64,000 nucleotides of DNA from Pseudomonadota bacterium (GCA_021324755.1 JAJPIL010000006.1:49109-113108), one strand, 5' to 3'; shown: positions 18,666-28,557, numbered from the stretch's first letter. Numbers and translations are program-made. The notes: a model not told the origin generated them from the letters alone.

Positions 18666-19595
18666 CTAGATACGCTTATAACCCTTGCCTTCCCACTTCT
18701 TCGGCTCAAAGCGCTCAGGGCCGATGATTTCTGCGAGCATCTCCAAAGCGTCGACGATACGCGGTCCTGGTCGGTTGAAGTAATGGTTGCCGTCGGCTAC
18801 GTAGCAGCGCCCAGCGCGAGCGGCCTTGAGTCTTGACCATAAGGGATGAGAAGTAAGCTTGTCGATTTCCCTAAGCGAGCGATCGATAGAGAAGCCGCAG
18901 GGCGCGATTAGAATAACGTCCGGATTCTTCTCCGCGAGCTCATTCCATTCGATACGGCGCGACAAGCTGCCGCTTTCGGCGTAGGGATAATAGCCTCCGG
19001 CCAGCTCCACCATCTCCGGAATCCAATTGCCTGCAACCATCAAAGGCTCTAGCCATTCGACACAGCAGACGACGGGCCTGTCGCGCGACGACCGAGCCGC
19101 GCTCGCTATCGCGTCGACCCGATTCCAGAGCTCTCCGACTAACTCAAAACCGCGCTCTGAGGAGCTTAGCGCGTCGGCGACGCGTTGAATATCTTCCCAA
19201 ATGTCAGACAACGTCCGAGGCTCGAGAGCAAGAATCTGCGGACGCGATGGAAGGAGTTCGCAAACCGCGCGCTCGACATCCTCAAGACTTGCAGCGCATA
19301 CTTCGCATTGCGACTGCGTGATGATCAGATCGGGCTTCAGTTGGCGTAGCCTGGCTTCATCAACCGCATAAACCGAAAGTCCTTGTGTTACGAGTTGTCG
19401 GACCCGTCGGTCGATTTCCTGGCTTGAGCCTACGACGTCGAATTTGGGCGCCGTACAAACCACAAGACGTTTTACCGATTCGGGAAAATCGCATTCATGA
19501 GACCTTCCAACCAGGAGATGCTCGAAGCCCAATGCGCACACGATCTCCGTAGCGCTAGGCAGAAGCGTTATAACGCGCGGTTTCACCTCGCTCAT
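18666..19595 (-). CDS. Periplasmic-binding-protein-like cobalamin/siderophore-binding protein (BtuF-like), apparently lacking signal peptide
   Basis: 309 aa; ITLLPSATEIVCALG N-terminal motif and overall BtuF/FecB-like class III PBP pattern; no hydrophobic leader. Confidence 0.6.
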   Translation of the reverse strand: MSEVKPRVITLLPSATEIVCALGFEHLLVGRSHECDFPESVKRLVVCTAPKFDVVGSSQEIDRRVRQLVTQGLSVYAVDEARLRQLKPDLIITQSQCEVCAASLEDVERAVCELLPSRPQILALEPRTLSDIWEDIQRVADALSSSERGFELVGELWNRVDAIASAARSSRDRPVVCCVEWLEPLMVAGNWIPEMVELAGGYYPYAESGSLSRRIEWNELAEKNPDVILIAPCGFSIDRSLREIDKLTSHPLWSRLKAARAGRCYVADGNHYFNRPGPRIVDALEMLAEIIGPERFEPKKWEGKGYKRI

Positions 19596-19609
19596 ACTCT
19601 TTGGCTTAC

Positions 19610-19760
19610 GCCTTTTGCGCTGTCATTGTAAAGCGCAACGGCAGGCTCACGAGCTAAGGCGCGCTCTTTCCCGGCGCTGAGTGCCCAGACCGCGGCATTA
19701 TAAACCGCATAGCTCATATTTAAACGTTTCCCCTGGCATCGTAAGGGTGAGGCGAGCGAG
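19610..19760 (-). promoter_or_regulatory. Candidate cobalamin (B12) riboswitch in 5-prime leader of the BtuF-like gene
   Basis: On the minus strand, in order: GATGCC, AGGGGAA, GGTTTATAATGCC, GCGGTCTGGGCACTCA, GGGAAAG, GAGCCTGCC. These loosely match the ordered conserved blocks of the cobalamin riboswitch (GGTGCC, AGGGAA, GGTGAAATCC, CCCGCCACTG, GGGAAGG, AGCC..CCTGCC). The B12-box match is imperfect. Confidence 0.3.
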
Positions 19761-19933
19761 ATAACCCTATGCGCCTTTTATATCTGGGATAAGTCCGTGA
19801 AGTGCTAACTTCAGGCGGCGAGCGTCTTTTACCTTTGTCCCTGAAGCCCGTGAACTAAAATCTCGTTACAATAGCTTTGAGAATGTTTGGTTAGGATCTA
19901 GCGCTAAGGATCGAGCGGAGGTTTGCTTCGGCG

Positions 19934-20227
19934 ATGGCAACACTTAGTCAAGATGTAATCGAGAGTAAGCTCAAGGAGCTTCCCGGATGGGAGTACAAAG
20001 ATAACGCTTTAAAGAAGCTCTTTCGCTTCAAGGAGTTTATGGAAGGGTTAAAATTCGTAAATCGCGTCGGCGAAATTGCCGAGGCGATGGACCACCATCC
20101 AGATATTTACATCAATTACACTCGGGTGACCTTTTCCTGTACCACGCATAGCGAGCACGGCGTGACCGAGAAAGACTTTAAGCTGGCCGAGGAAATTGAG
20201 AAACTCTACGAAAAGGTAGCTCAATAG
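19934..20227 (+). CDS. phhB: 4a-hydroxytetrahydrobiopterin (pterin-4-alpha-carbinolamine) dehydratase
   Basis: 97 aa; EGxxFxxxxGxxAEAMDHHPDIYINYTRV signature of PCD/DCoH; visibly AT-richer than neighbours. Confidence 0.85.
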   Translation: MATLSQDVIESKLKELPGWEYKDNALKKLFRFKEFMEGLKFVNRVGEIAEAMDHHPDIYINYTRVTFSCTTHSEHGVTEKDFKLAEEIEKLYEKVAQ

Positions 20228-20427
20228 CGTGCACGTAGGCTTCATCAGGCAATCTGACACACCTGGAGCCATAAAATAACTCACGCGCCGAGCGGACCTC
20301 CACCGAGCTGGTTAGGTCTCAGGGAAGCATCGGTGAGCTTTCGTTGGTGTTTGCCGGTCAAGCCACGTGCGATCGCTGCTCTGCGTTTAAACAGGTGAGT
20401 GCGAGAGAGAAAGGAGAAAGGGTTGTC

Positions 20428-21387
20428 ATGTTGCGTACCGAGATCTGCGATCTGTTCGGCATTCGGTATCCGGTGGTTTTAGCCGGAATGGGTGGCGTGT
20501 CGATGCATCAGCTCGCCGCTGCGGTGTCCAATGCGGGCGGACTTGGTGTTATCGGCGGTGCGGGTCTTTCGCCGGAGCGATTGCGCCAAGAAATCCGCGC
20601 TACTCGTGAACTTACCGACAAGCCCTTTGCGGTTGACTTGCTAGCGCCGATGCCGGAGATGATACGTCCTTATTTGCCGGTATTATTCGAGGAAAAAGTC
20701 GGCATTTTCGTTGCCGGCCTTGGAGTGCCGCGGGAGTTTATCTCATTGATGCACGAGCAGGGGATGAAGGTGGTTGTGATGTGCGGCAAGGTCAAGCACG
20801 CGATGAAAGCCGAAGCTGCCGGCGCAGACGTAGTGGTCGCCCAAGGCACCGAAGCCGGCGGACATACCGGAGAAATAGGAGCGCTTGCGCTGGTACCGCA
20901 AGTCCGTGATGCGGTACGGATTCCCGTTTTGGCGGCCGGCGGTATCGCAGACGGCCGAGGAGTGGCAGCCGCCTTGGCTCTCGGGGCCTCGGGCGTCGTA
21001 GTTGGTACGCGCTTTATCGCCACTGTCGAAGCCCAGGCGGCGCGCGCCTACCGCGAAGCGCTGCTCGGCGCCGGCGACGACTCGACCATTCGAACCCGCT
21101 GTTACACCGGGAAACCAGCGCGATGCCTTCGCAATCCGTACATCCTTGAGTGGGAAAAGGAGCCGGGCAAAATCCAGCCTTTTCCCGAACAGCTTCAAGT
21201 GTCTCATCGTAACGGCGTGCTGGATTACGCGGGTGTGGGCGGCGACGCCGACCCGACGCGTACTTTTATGCCCGCAGGCCAGGGAGTAGGCCTTATCAAG
21301 GCCATCAAGCCTGCCGCCGAAGTGATGAAAAGCCTGGTTGAAGAGGCTCAAACGGTCATCAGGCAGTTGCAACGACTCACAGCATAA
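20428..21387 (+). CDS. Nitronate monooxygenase (NMO, 2-nitropropane dioxygenase-like FMN enzyme)
   Basis: IRYPVVLAGMGGVS...LAAAVSNAGGLGVIG TIM-barrel FMN motif; start at ATG 20428 preceded by AAGGAG (ORF track 20344). Confidence 0.8.
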   Translation: MLRTEICDLFGIRYPVVLAGMGGVSMHQLAAAVSNAGGLGVIGGAGLSPERLRQEIRATRELTDKPFAVDLLAPMPEMIRPYLPVLFEEKVGIFVAGLGVPREFISLMHEQGMKVVVMCGKVKHAMKAEAAGADVVVAQGTEAGGHTGEIGALALVPQVRDAVRIPVLAAGGIADGRGVAAALALGASGVVVGTRFIATVEAQAARAYREALLGAGDDSTIRTRCYTGKPARCLRNPYILEWEKEPGKIQPFPEQLQVSHRNGVLDYAGVGGDADPTRTFMPAGQGVGLIKAIKPAAEVMKSLVEEAQTVIRQLQRLTA

Positions 21388-21608
21388 GCGTCGCCCACCG
21401 AGTGACGGCGAGGTTGCCCGCTCGCAGAGCGCCCGCTCTTATCGCGAGTTGCGAGTTTTTGCGAGATAATTAGCGTCGACTTTCATATGCTTTTTGACGG
21501 ACTGCGCTTGGGCGACCCACTGGACATGACGACGTCGGCAGACGACGATAAATGTTAATAGGCGCGAGGCTTGCGACCCTAAAAGCAGGCTTCGAGGAGA
21601 TCAGGTGG

Positions 21609-22514
21609 ATGCGGACAAATCGAATAAATGGAGTGAAATCGTTTGCGGTCTTTTTATCTTGTTTAGCTGCGGCAGCGTTGCTTGCAAAGGTAGCGTTGGC
21701 CGCAGGCGATGTCCCTACTATCGACCAGGTTTATCAGGCGGCTCGTAGCGGCCATCTTGTCCAGGCTGAGGAAATGATGCACCAGGTGCTGCGGGCGTAT
21801 CCGAAAAGCGCTCGAGCGCATTACGTGATGGCGGAAATTTTGGCTGCCGAGGGGCGCTTCGTTGAAGCGAGGACTCACCTGGAGGAAGCCGAGCGTCTAA
21901 AACCGGGCCTGCCCTTCGCGAGCAGACAGTCCGTGGCAGAGCTTCAACGGAAAATCGCGGCTGGAGCGAATTTGCCGTATAGAAATGTAGCCCACACGAC
22001 TGCGGTGAGCTTCCATTGGTGGTGGCTACTGCTGGCGGCAGTTCTAGTGTGGGTCATCTTCCGCGCCTTGAGCGCGAGCAGGCAAACGCCGGTCGCTTAC
22101 AGCTCTGGCTCCGGCTCAACCGGTGGCGGCGCAACGGGCCCTGCTCCGGGAGTACCGCCGGTGGCCTCCGGTGGTGGCGGTGGAGGAGGGCTTTGGAATT
22201 CAATTCTTGCTGGCCTTGGCTTTGGCGCGGGAGTGGCTGCAGGAGAATACGCGGTTGACCGCCTCTTGGGCGGCGGCGCGGGCCGCGGTGCCGAAGCGGC
22301 TGAACCTCCCGTGCAGCCGCCGGCGACCGACTCCGATGACCTCGGAGGCGAGGATTTCGGAGTGCAAAGTGGCGACGCTTCCACTGGAGGATGGGAAGAC
22401 CAGGCGGACCAGCAGAGCGCTGGTTGGGATGATGACGAGTTTGCTGGCGATGCCGGCGATGGGAGCGGCGGATGGGACGATTCGTCGGATGACGGCGGCG
22501 ACATAGACGTTTAA
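21609..22514 (+). CDS. Secreted/membrane TPR-repeat protein with Gly-rich linker and acidic Trp-containing C-terminal repeats
   Basis: Signal-peptide-like N-terminus, TPR-like helices, one TM helix (WWWLLLAAVLVWVIF), poly-Gly, then repeats GGWEDQ / AGWDDDEF / GGWDDSSDD. Confidence 0.5.
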   Translation: MRTNRINGVKSFAVFLSCLAAAALLAKVALAAGDVPTIDQVYQAARSGHLVQAEEMMHQVLRAYPKSARAHYVMAEILAAEGRFVEARTHLEEAERLKPGLPFASRQSVAELQRKIAAGANLPYRNVAHTTAVSFHWWWLLLAAVLVWVIFRALSASRQTPVAYSSGSGSTGGGATGPAPGVPPVASGGGGGGGLWNSILAGLGFGAGVAAGEYAVDRLLGGGAGRGAEAAEPPVQPPATDSDDLGGEDFGVQSGDASTGGWEDQADQQSAGWDDDEFAGDAGDGSGGWDDSSDDGGDIDV

Positions 22515-22677
22515 GCGGCTGCTCTGCTGCAGGACTCCGCGCTGAGGCCGCCGACGCTCTAACGGTCTTTGGCTCTCGCGACGGCTTGCCCTTTGCGGAA
22601 AATAGGTCTCACGCGCCACGGGGTGCGGACCAAATTTTGGCTAACCGCCGACTGTCTGACATTAAAAGCGCGGGTCC

Positions 22678-23799
22678 TTACGCTATCGACGGGCGCGGCT
22701 TGTTGAGTGTGTTAATTCTGCTCTCTTCTAACTCGCCGTCTTCGGCTCGGTAGACTGGAGCTGCGACAACCGGCGCGCTTATCGCGTCCGCGTCAAGCGG
22801 CAGTTTATCCGTAAAACAGATTGGTCGATTTCGCGCCCGAGTAACCGTTAGGTGGAAAATATCAAACCGATTATAGCCGCCTACAACGTCGTGAAACTGC
22901 TTCGGTTCTATGCAAGCTTCGAGGTTTATATCAACGTAAAGTATGCCCTCGCTGTCGGCCAATTTGTCACCTATCTGTTTGCCTGTGGGGCTGATTGCCA
23001 TTGAGACGCCGCGCGGACTTTCGTCCATAATTCGACCTGCTTCGCTGCCGCAAACCAACAAAGCTTGGCGCGTTGCGCTATCGAGGTAGCCAGCCGCAAC
23101 CAGGGTGTAACATTTGGCCTCGAAGGAGTGAGCGGCAGCCCGAATCCGGATAGCATCGGCCAGATCGTAGTTTCCACCCTGGCCGGGGTCGCGGGTGGGC
23201 CAGAGTGGCGGATAAGTAGCGATATGGACCTGTTCGCCCTGAGCCATCAACGTAAATCGCGCAAGAGGGTTGGTGTTCTCGCCGCAAATCAGCATTCCCA
23301 CGCGCCCGAGCCTAGTTTCGTTAACTCGAAGGCCAGCACCGTCGCCGTTAGCCCACGTCAACTTCTCGTAAAACGTTGGAACGAGCTTGCGATGGTGGTT
23401 TAGGATAGTCCCGTCGTCCCCGATAAGCACGTTCGAGTTCCAAATACATCCAACGCTTGCTGCCGTGCCTTCGTTGAACCCGATCGAGACGAACACTCCG
23501 GCGGTGCGTGCAACCCGTGAAATACGCTCGAGCTCAGGACCTGGCACCCGGATGGCTTCGTGCGCCAAGCGCACGAAGAAGTCGTGATTGTAGATTGGCG
23601 CTTGAAGCGCAGACCATAGAGGGAAGGCAGGAATGTAGGCCTCTGGAAAAACGACAAGCTGGGCGCCATTGCGGGCCGCCTCTTCGATAATTGAGCAGGC
23701 CTTGCTCACAGTGGCGGCCGTGTTAAGAAAGACTGGGCTTACATGCGCAATTGCTGCTTTGTACTCGACGTTATGCCCCATCTTTTTCTCCTCTGCCAA
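22678..23799 (-). CDS. Carbon-nitrogen hydrolase (nitrilase/cyanide hydratase family) with C-terminal extension
   Basis: FPEAYIPAFP (catalytic Glu), conserved Lys and Cys (GENTNPLAR region: ICGEN), about 60 aa C-terminal tail. Confidence 0.8.
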   Translation of the reverse strand: MAEEKKMGHNVEYKAAIAHVSPVFLNTAATVSKACSIIEEAARNGAQLVVFPEAYIPAFPLWSALQAPIYNHDFFVRLAHEAIRVPGPELERISRVARTAGVFVSIGFNEGTAASVGCIWNSNVLIGDDGTILNHHRKLVPTFYEKLTWANGDGAGLRVNETRLGRVGMLICGENTNPLARFTLMAQGEQVHIATYPPLWPTRDPGQGGNYDLADAIRIRAAAHSFEAKCYTLVAAGYLDSATRQALLVCGSEAGRIMDESPRGVSMAISPTGKQIGDKLADSEGILYVDINLEACIEPKQFHDVVGGYNRFDIFHLTVTRARNRPICFTDKLPLDADAISAPVVAAPVYRAEDGELEESRINTLNKPRPSIA

Positions 23800-23910
23800 A
23801 GCACCAAGTTTTTGCGTCGGCTCGCCTACTGGTTACTGACGGCGGCCGTTGGTCGAGCTCGCTGGGCGAAGCCCGATACCGACGAAGCCTAGGCCGGTCG
23901 AGTTCAATTC

Positions 23911-25419
23911 CTACCACGTAAGGTCTTTGTAACGTTCCGATAAAACCTTCTTTTGCACTTTATCCATCGCGTTGCGCGGCAGAGAATCCACGAAGAATAC
24001 GCGCTTTGGGACCTTATAGTTTGCTAGTTCGGTCTTCAGTCGCGCGATAATTTCTCGCTCGCTGGGAACGCTTGCTTTGTCTCGCGGCACTACGGCAGCC
24101 ACGACCGCCTCGCCGAAGTCGGGATGCGGCACTCCGAAGACCGCCGATTCTGCCACGCCCTCGATTCGGTCGATAGCCGCCTCGACTTCTTTAGGATACA
24201 CGTTGTAACCGCCGCTGATGATCATATCTTTTGCGCGCCCCACGATTGAGAGGTAGCCATTTGCCCCGAGCTGCCCCACGTCCCCAGTGTCGAAGAAACC
24301 GTCGGCGGTGAAGCCAGCTGCTGTCTTGTCAGGAAGCCTCCAGTAGCCCGGAAATACGTTTTCGCCTTTGACCTGAACATTGCCTGGCGTACCTTGAGCA
24401 ACCGTGTGCCCTTGTTCGTCGACGACTCGCACGCTGACGCCGGGTAGTGGAAGCCCTACGGTACCGGGTATCCGCGGACCATCGACGGGATTCGAACTGA
24501 TAATTCCCGTTTCGGTCATGCCGTACCGCTCGAGGATTTCGTGCCCAGCGCGCTCCTTGAATTTTTCAAAAGTATCTACCAGGAGCGGAGCCGAGCCCGA
24601 GATAAAAACGCGCATGTTGCGGCAAACCTCCCGCGTAAACTTTGGCTCGGCCAGAAGGCGCGTGTAATAGGTAGGCACACCCATAAAGACCGTCGAGCGG
24701 GGCAGAAACCGCACCGCTTTTGCAGCGTCAAAACGAGAGAGGAAAAACATCTTGGCGCCGCTTAGCAGTGCGCAGTGATTGGCCACGAAAAGGCCGTGGA
24801 CGTGAAAAATAGGCAGCATATGAAGTAGCACGTCGCTTGCGTCAAAGCGCCAGACTTGCACAAGCGCAAGAGCATTGACCGCCAAGTTGCGATGGGTGAG
24901 CATCACGCCTTTTGGAACCCCTGACGTGCCAGACGTGTAAAGGATGGCAGCCAGATCTTCCGCTTTGCGCTCAACTGACTCGAAGCGTGGCGGTACATTC
25001 TTAAGCGCGTCGCTCAAGGAGCCTTCGCCGCGTTCGTCGAGCGTTTCCACCTTGGCGCCGGGCGCAAGCTCGCGCATCATCGCAAGCACCTGAGGGCGAC
25101 AGATGATCGCCCGCGGCTGGGCGTCGCCGATAAAATGGGCAAGCTCGCTTCTCTGGTATGCGGTGTTGAGCGGCAGATACACCAGTCCCGCCCGCAGGCA
25201 TCCGAGATAAACGCACAATGCCATGGGCGACTTCTCAACCGAGCACGCCACACGGTCGCCCGCTTCTAGGCCAAGACCGATTAAATAACGTGCAATACGC
25301 GCACTCTCTTTTTCCAGGTCAGCGTAGGTCAGCTGCTGACCGTCTTCCGTTTCCAGCGCCACTCGTTGGGCATTGCGTGAAAAGCGGTCAGCCAGTATCG
25401 CGTACAAGTTTTCGCTCAT
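23911..25419 (-). CDS. matB: Malonyl-CoA synthetase-like AMP-dependent acyl-CoA ligase
   Basis: 502 aa ANL superfamily; YTSGTSGVPKGV AMP-binding motif; N-terminal YLPLNTAY segment characteristic of MatB; divergent from malonyl-CoA decarboxylase. Confidence 0.7.
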   Translation of the reverse strand: MSENLYAILADRFSRNAQRVALETEDGQQLTYADLEKESARIARYLIGLGLEAGDRVACSVEKSPMALCVYLGCLRAGLVYLPLNTAYQRSELAHFIGDAQPRAIICRPQVLAMMRELAPGAKVETLDERGEGSLSDALKNVPPRFESVERKAEDLAAILYTSGTSGVPKGVMLTHRNLAVNALALVQVWRFDASDVLLHMLPIFHVHGLFVANHCALLSGAKMFFLSRFDAAKAVRFLPRSTVFMGVPTYYTRLLAEPKFTREVCRNMRVFISGSAPLLVDTFEKFKERAGHEILERYGMTETGIISSNPVDGPRIPGTVGLPLPGVSVRVVDEQGHTVAQGTPGNVQVKGENVFPGYWRLPDKTAAGFTADGFFDTGDVGQLGANGYLSIVGRAKDMIISGGYNVYPKEVEAAIDRIEGVAESAVFGVPHPDFGEAVVAAVVPRDKASVPSEREIIARLKTELANYKVPKRVFFVDSLPRNAMDKVQKKVLSERYKDLTW

Positions 25420-25781
25420 AATTCGTCCTCTTCCACGGAGCGCACCGATCGCCGCAGCCAGCTAAAGCGCGCTCTCTAAGCCACATATCTTTGACAGCTT
25501 CCCCGTGCCCGACGAGCCAAGCCCGCCGTTGGCTACCTTATGTTGTTAACCATAGCCGGAAACTGTGAATCAAATAAGCACAGAGGGCGACGCGATCGTG
25601 TATGATGGCAGGTATCAAGAGCCGCGGTGAGTTCGTTCGTCCACGGCTACGATGGAGAGATTCGGCTGCCGCTTTAGCGGTCGTTTTAGCACAAACTCTA
25701 CATATGGTCTTTGGCGGGGCCAAACTTTCTGATTCGGTCGCTTGGTAAAACGGGCTCGATAGGCTTTATCGCGCAAGCCGT

Positions 25782-27200
25782 TTGATGAGCACAGAGAAAG
25801 CCGGGGCGCAGAGAGCGCCAGTTTTTAGAAACGCACTGGATGTCTGCAAGGACGATGGTCTGAAGGCTCGACCTGTCCGCGCACAAGAGCTCTGCTGCGC
25901 GCTTTTGTCGGGACGAGGCGAGGCTTCAGGAGAAGCGCTGGCGTGCGAACTTATCAGGGTTTACCAAACGATGAAGCCCGCGCAACGAGTTGCGTTTTTC
26001 GAAATGTTGGCGCGAGATTTTGCCCCAGACCCTAGAAGAGTCAGTCAAGCGGCCAAGGATTATTTCGAAAAGCCCTGTCACGAAACCTTCTTTAAGCTTT
26101 GGAGCACAGTCGAGCCACCACGCCAGGAGTTGTTCAGGAGAATTAACGTGGCCCCAGGCGGCACGCAGGCGCTGATTGATCTGCGCGCTGATCTGATTAA
26201 CCTTCTGTCGCAACGACCTCACCTAGCTGAGGTGGACTTCGACCTAAAGCATTTGTTCGCCTCATGGTTCAATCGCGGGTTTCTTCGGCTGGAGCGGATC
26301 GACTGGCGGACTCCAGCGGAAATCTTAGAAAAGCTTATCCGTTATGAGGCGGTGCACGAAATTAACGGCTGGACAGACCTAAGACGCCGGCTTGCCGAAG
26401 ACCGACGATGTTTCGCGTTTTTCCATCCTGCTCTTCCTGGCGAACCGCTCATCTTCGTCGAAGTTGCGCTTACTCGCGGCGTGGCTCGGACCCTGCAGCC
26501 GCTGCTCGATCCCGAAGCGCCGATTTTGCCTTCCGAGCAGGCGGACACAGCGATTTTCTACTCCATAAGCAACTGCCTTGCTGGCCTGCGCGGTATTTCG
26601 TTCGGCAGTTTTCTGATAAAGCAGGTGATGGCTGAACTTAAGGCTGAACTACGCGGCGTTCGACATTATCTTACACTTTCGCCCCTGCCTGGGTTTGCCG
26701 CAGCTTTAAGGGAACGGGCCGATCCGCACGGCTTTACCCATCGACGCCTGCTTCGGCTGCTCAGTGACTACGCTTCGCAGATTAGGCATCGCACCGGGAT
26801 GCGGAACGTGGTGGAAGGATTCGATCGCTTGCTGGCAGACCCCTTGGCTAACAAACGCGTTTTGGCTGCGCCACTTGCGCGTTTAGCGCTTGCCTATTTG
26901 ACGCAGGTCAAACGCGATGGGCAGATAGCTGATCCGGTCGCCTCCTTCCATCTGGCCAATGGCGCCCGACTGGAGCGAATTAACCCGTTTGCGAACACAA
27001 AGCTTTATGGTTTGCAGAGTTCGTTCGGCTTGATGGTAAACTACCGGTACGTTTCGTCGGAACTGGAGCAAAATCATGAAGCCTTCGTAACCGAAGGCGT
27101 TATCGCGCTCTCTCCATGGCTCGAGCGCGAGTACCGTAAAATAGCCATGATGTGGGGCGGCGACGAAAATCTTAGCTCGCTAGCGAGGGTAAAGCTATGA
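25782..27200 (+). CDS. matA: Malonyl-CoA decarboxylase
   Basis: 472 aa; MCD N-terminal helical domain and C-terminal GNAT-like catalytic region (FYSISNCLAGLRGISFGSFLIKQV). Confidence 0.8.
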   Translation: MMSTEKAGAQRAPVFRNALDVCKDDGLKARPVRAQELCCALLSGRGEASGEALACELIRVYQTMKPAQRVAFFEMLARDFAPDPRRVSQAAKDYFEKPCHETFFKLWSTVEPPRQELFRRINVAPGGTQALIDLRADLINLLSQRPHLAEVDFDLKHLFASWFNRGFLRLERIDWRTPAEILEKLIRYEAVHEINGWTDLRRRLAEDRRCFAFFHPALPGEPLIFVEVALTRGVARTLQPLLDPEAPILPSEQADTAIFYSISNCLAGLRGISFGSFLIKQVMAELKAELRGVRHYLTLSPLPGFAAALRERADPHGFTHRRLLRLLSDYASQIRHRTGMRNVVEGFDRLLADPLANKRVLAAPLARLALAYLTQVKRDGQIADPVASFHLANGARLERINPFANTKLYGLQSSFGLMVNYRYVSSELEQNHEAFVTEGVIALSPWLEREYRKIAMMWGGDENLSSLARVKL

Positions 27201-28345
27201 GTACGATGCCGAATGCGGTGGAGCTCACCCGCAGGCTTGTACAGTTCAACACGGTCAATCCCCCGGGCAATGAGCGGGAGTGTGCGCGCTATCTTGGTGG
27301 ACTGCTCGAATCTGTGGGATTTTCCGTACGGTACTATGAGTTCGCCGAGGCGCGCACCACGCTCGTGGCCACTTGCATGGGCTCGGGAAGCAAAAAACCG
27401 CTTTGCTTTACCGGACATCTCGATGTCGTGCCGCTTGGGCAGCGTCCCTGGAGCGTCGACCCGTTTGCGGCGGAGGTCAGCGAGGGCAAGCTTTTCGGGC
27501 GAGGCGCAAGCGACACCAAAAGCGGTGTCGCAGCCTTTGTGGCGGCGGCAGCGGAGATGCAACAAATGCTAGCCAAAGGCCCGGGTGTGGTCCTCGTTAT
27601 TACGGCGGGCGAAGAGACCGGCTCTGCCGGAGCGTTCCAGGTCGCCCGTCTCGGTGCCAATGCTCTAGGTGAGGCTGGCGCGATCGTGGTGGCGGAACCT
27701 ACTGGTAATTACCCTATGGTAGGACATCGCGGGGCGCTATGGCTCAAGCTCTGGACCAGAGGGGTTACGGCCCACGGATCGATGCCACATAAGGGCGTCA
27801 ACGCAATCTACAAAATGAGCAGAATCGTCAATAAGCTCGAGCGCTTTAAGTTCGATATCAGCCCTCATCCGGTGATGGGAGCGTGCACGTTGAACGTAGG
27901 CACAATAAGCGGAGGGCTAAATATTAATTCCGTTCCCGACCACAGCGAAATCGGGATCGACATTCGCACGGTGCCGGGTGCCGACCATGAGCAACTTAAG
28001 AGGTCTTTGCGCGACTATCTAGCACCGGAGCTCGAGGGTATGGAGGCTCTCATCGATTTCAGCAGTGTCTGGACGGATCCAAGCGATCGCTGGGTACAGG
28101 AAGTTTTTGAGATTATGGCCTCCATCTTGAAAAAACCCATCGAGCCAGCTGCGGCGCCGTACTTCACCGATGCTGCGGCGCTTACGCCTGCGTACGGTGG
28201 GGTGCCGACCATAATTCTCGGGCCAGGGGAAATCGAGATGGCCCATCAGACCGACGAATTTTGCTACGTGACGAAGATCGAGCAAGCGGCCGCGGCGTAC
28301 AGGGCTATTATCGAGCGATGGCATTCCACGAGCCATTCGGCATAA
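27197..28345 (+). CDS. M20-family metallopeptidase (ArgE/DapE-like deacylase)
   Basis: HLDVVP, GRGASDTKSG, EETGS motifs; start overlaps matA stop (ATGA). Confidence 0.75.
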   Translation: MSTMPNAVELTRRLVQFNTVNPPGNERECARYLGGLLESVGFSVRYYEFAEARTTLVATCMGSGSKKPLCFTGHLDVVPLGQRPWSVDPFAAEVSEGKLFGRGASDTKSGVAAFVAAAAEMQQMLAKGPGVVLVITAGEETGSAGAFQVARLGANALGEAGAIVVAEPTGNYPMVGHRGALWLKLWTRGVTAHGSMPHKGVNAIYKMSRIVNKLERFKFDISPHPVMGACTLNVGTISGGLNINSVPDHSEIGIDIRTVPGADHEQLKRSLRDYLAPELEGMEALIDFSSVWTDPSDRWVQEVFEIMASILKKPIEPAAAPYFTDAAALTPAYGGVPTIILGPGEIEMAHQTDEFCYVTKIEQAAAAYRAIIERWHSTSHSA

Positions 28346-28557
28346 AACGCTTCATGCCTAGCGAAGTGGGAGGATGGGGGAAAAGTGCGGACGCTCCGTT
28401 ACGGGCTTTCTACCGGTCGAGCCTTGGCACTATCCGCGAGAGAAGCGATAAGTTTTGTTTGCGTCGCACAAAGAAAAAGGCTCAAGCCTTCCAGGAGCGT
28501 CGCCTAGCGCAGGATGCGTTTGCGATTAGTTCGCTATGGTCGGAGGTGCCGCTAACG

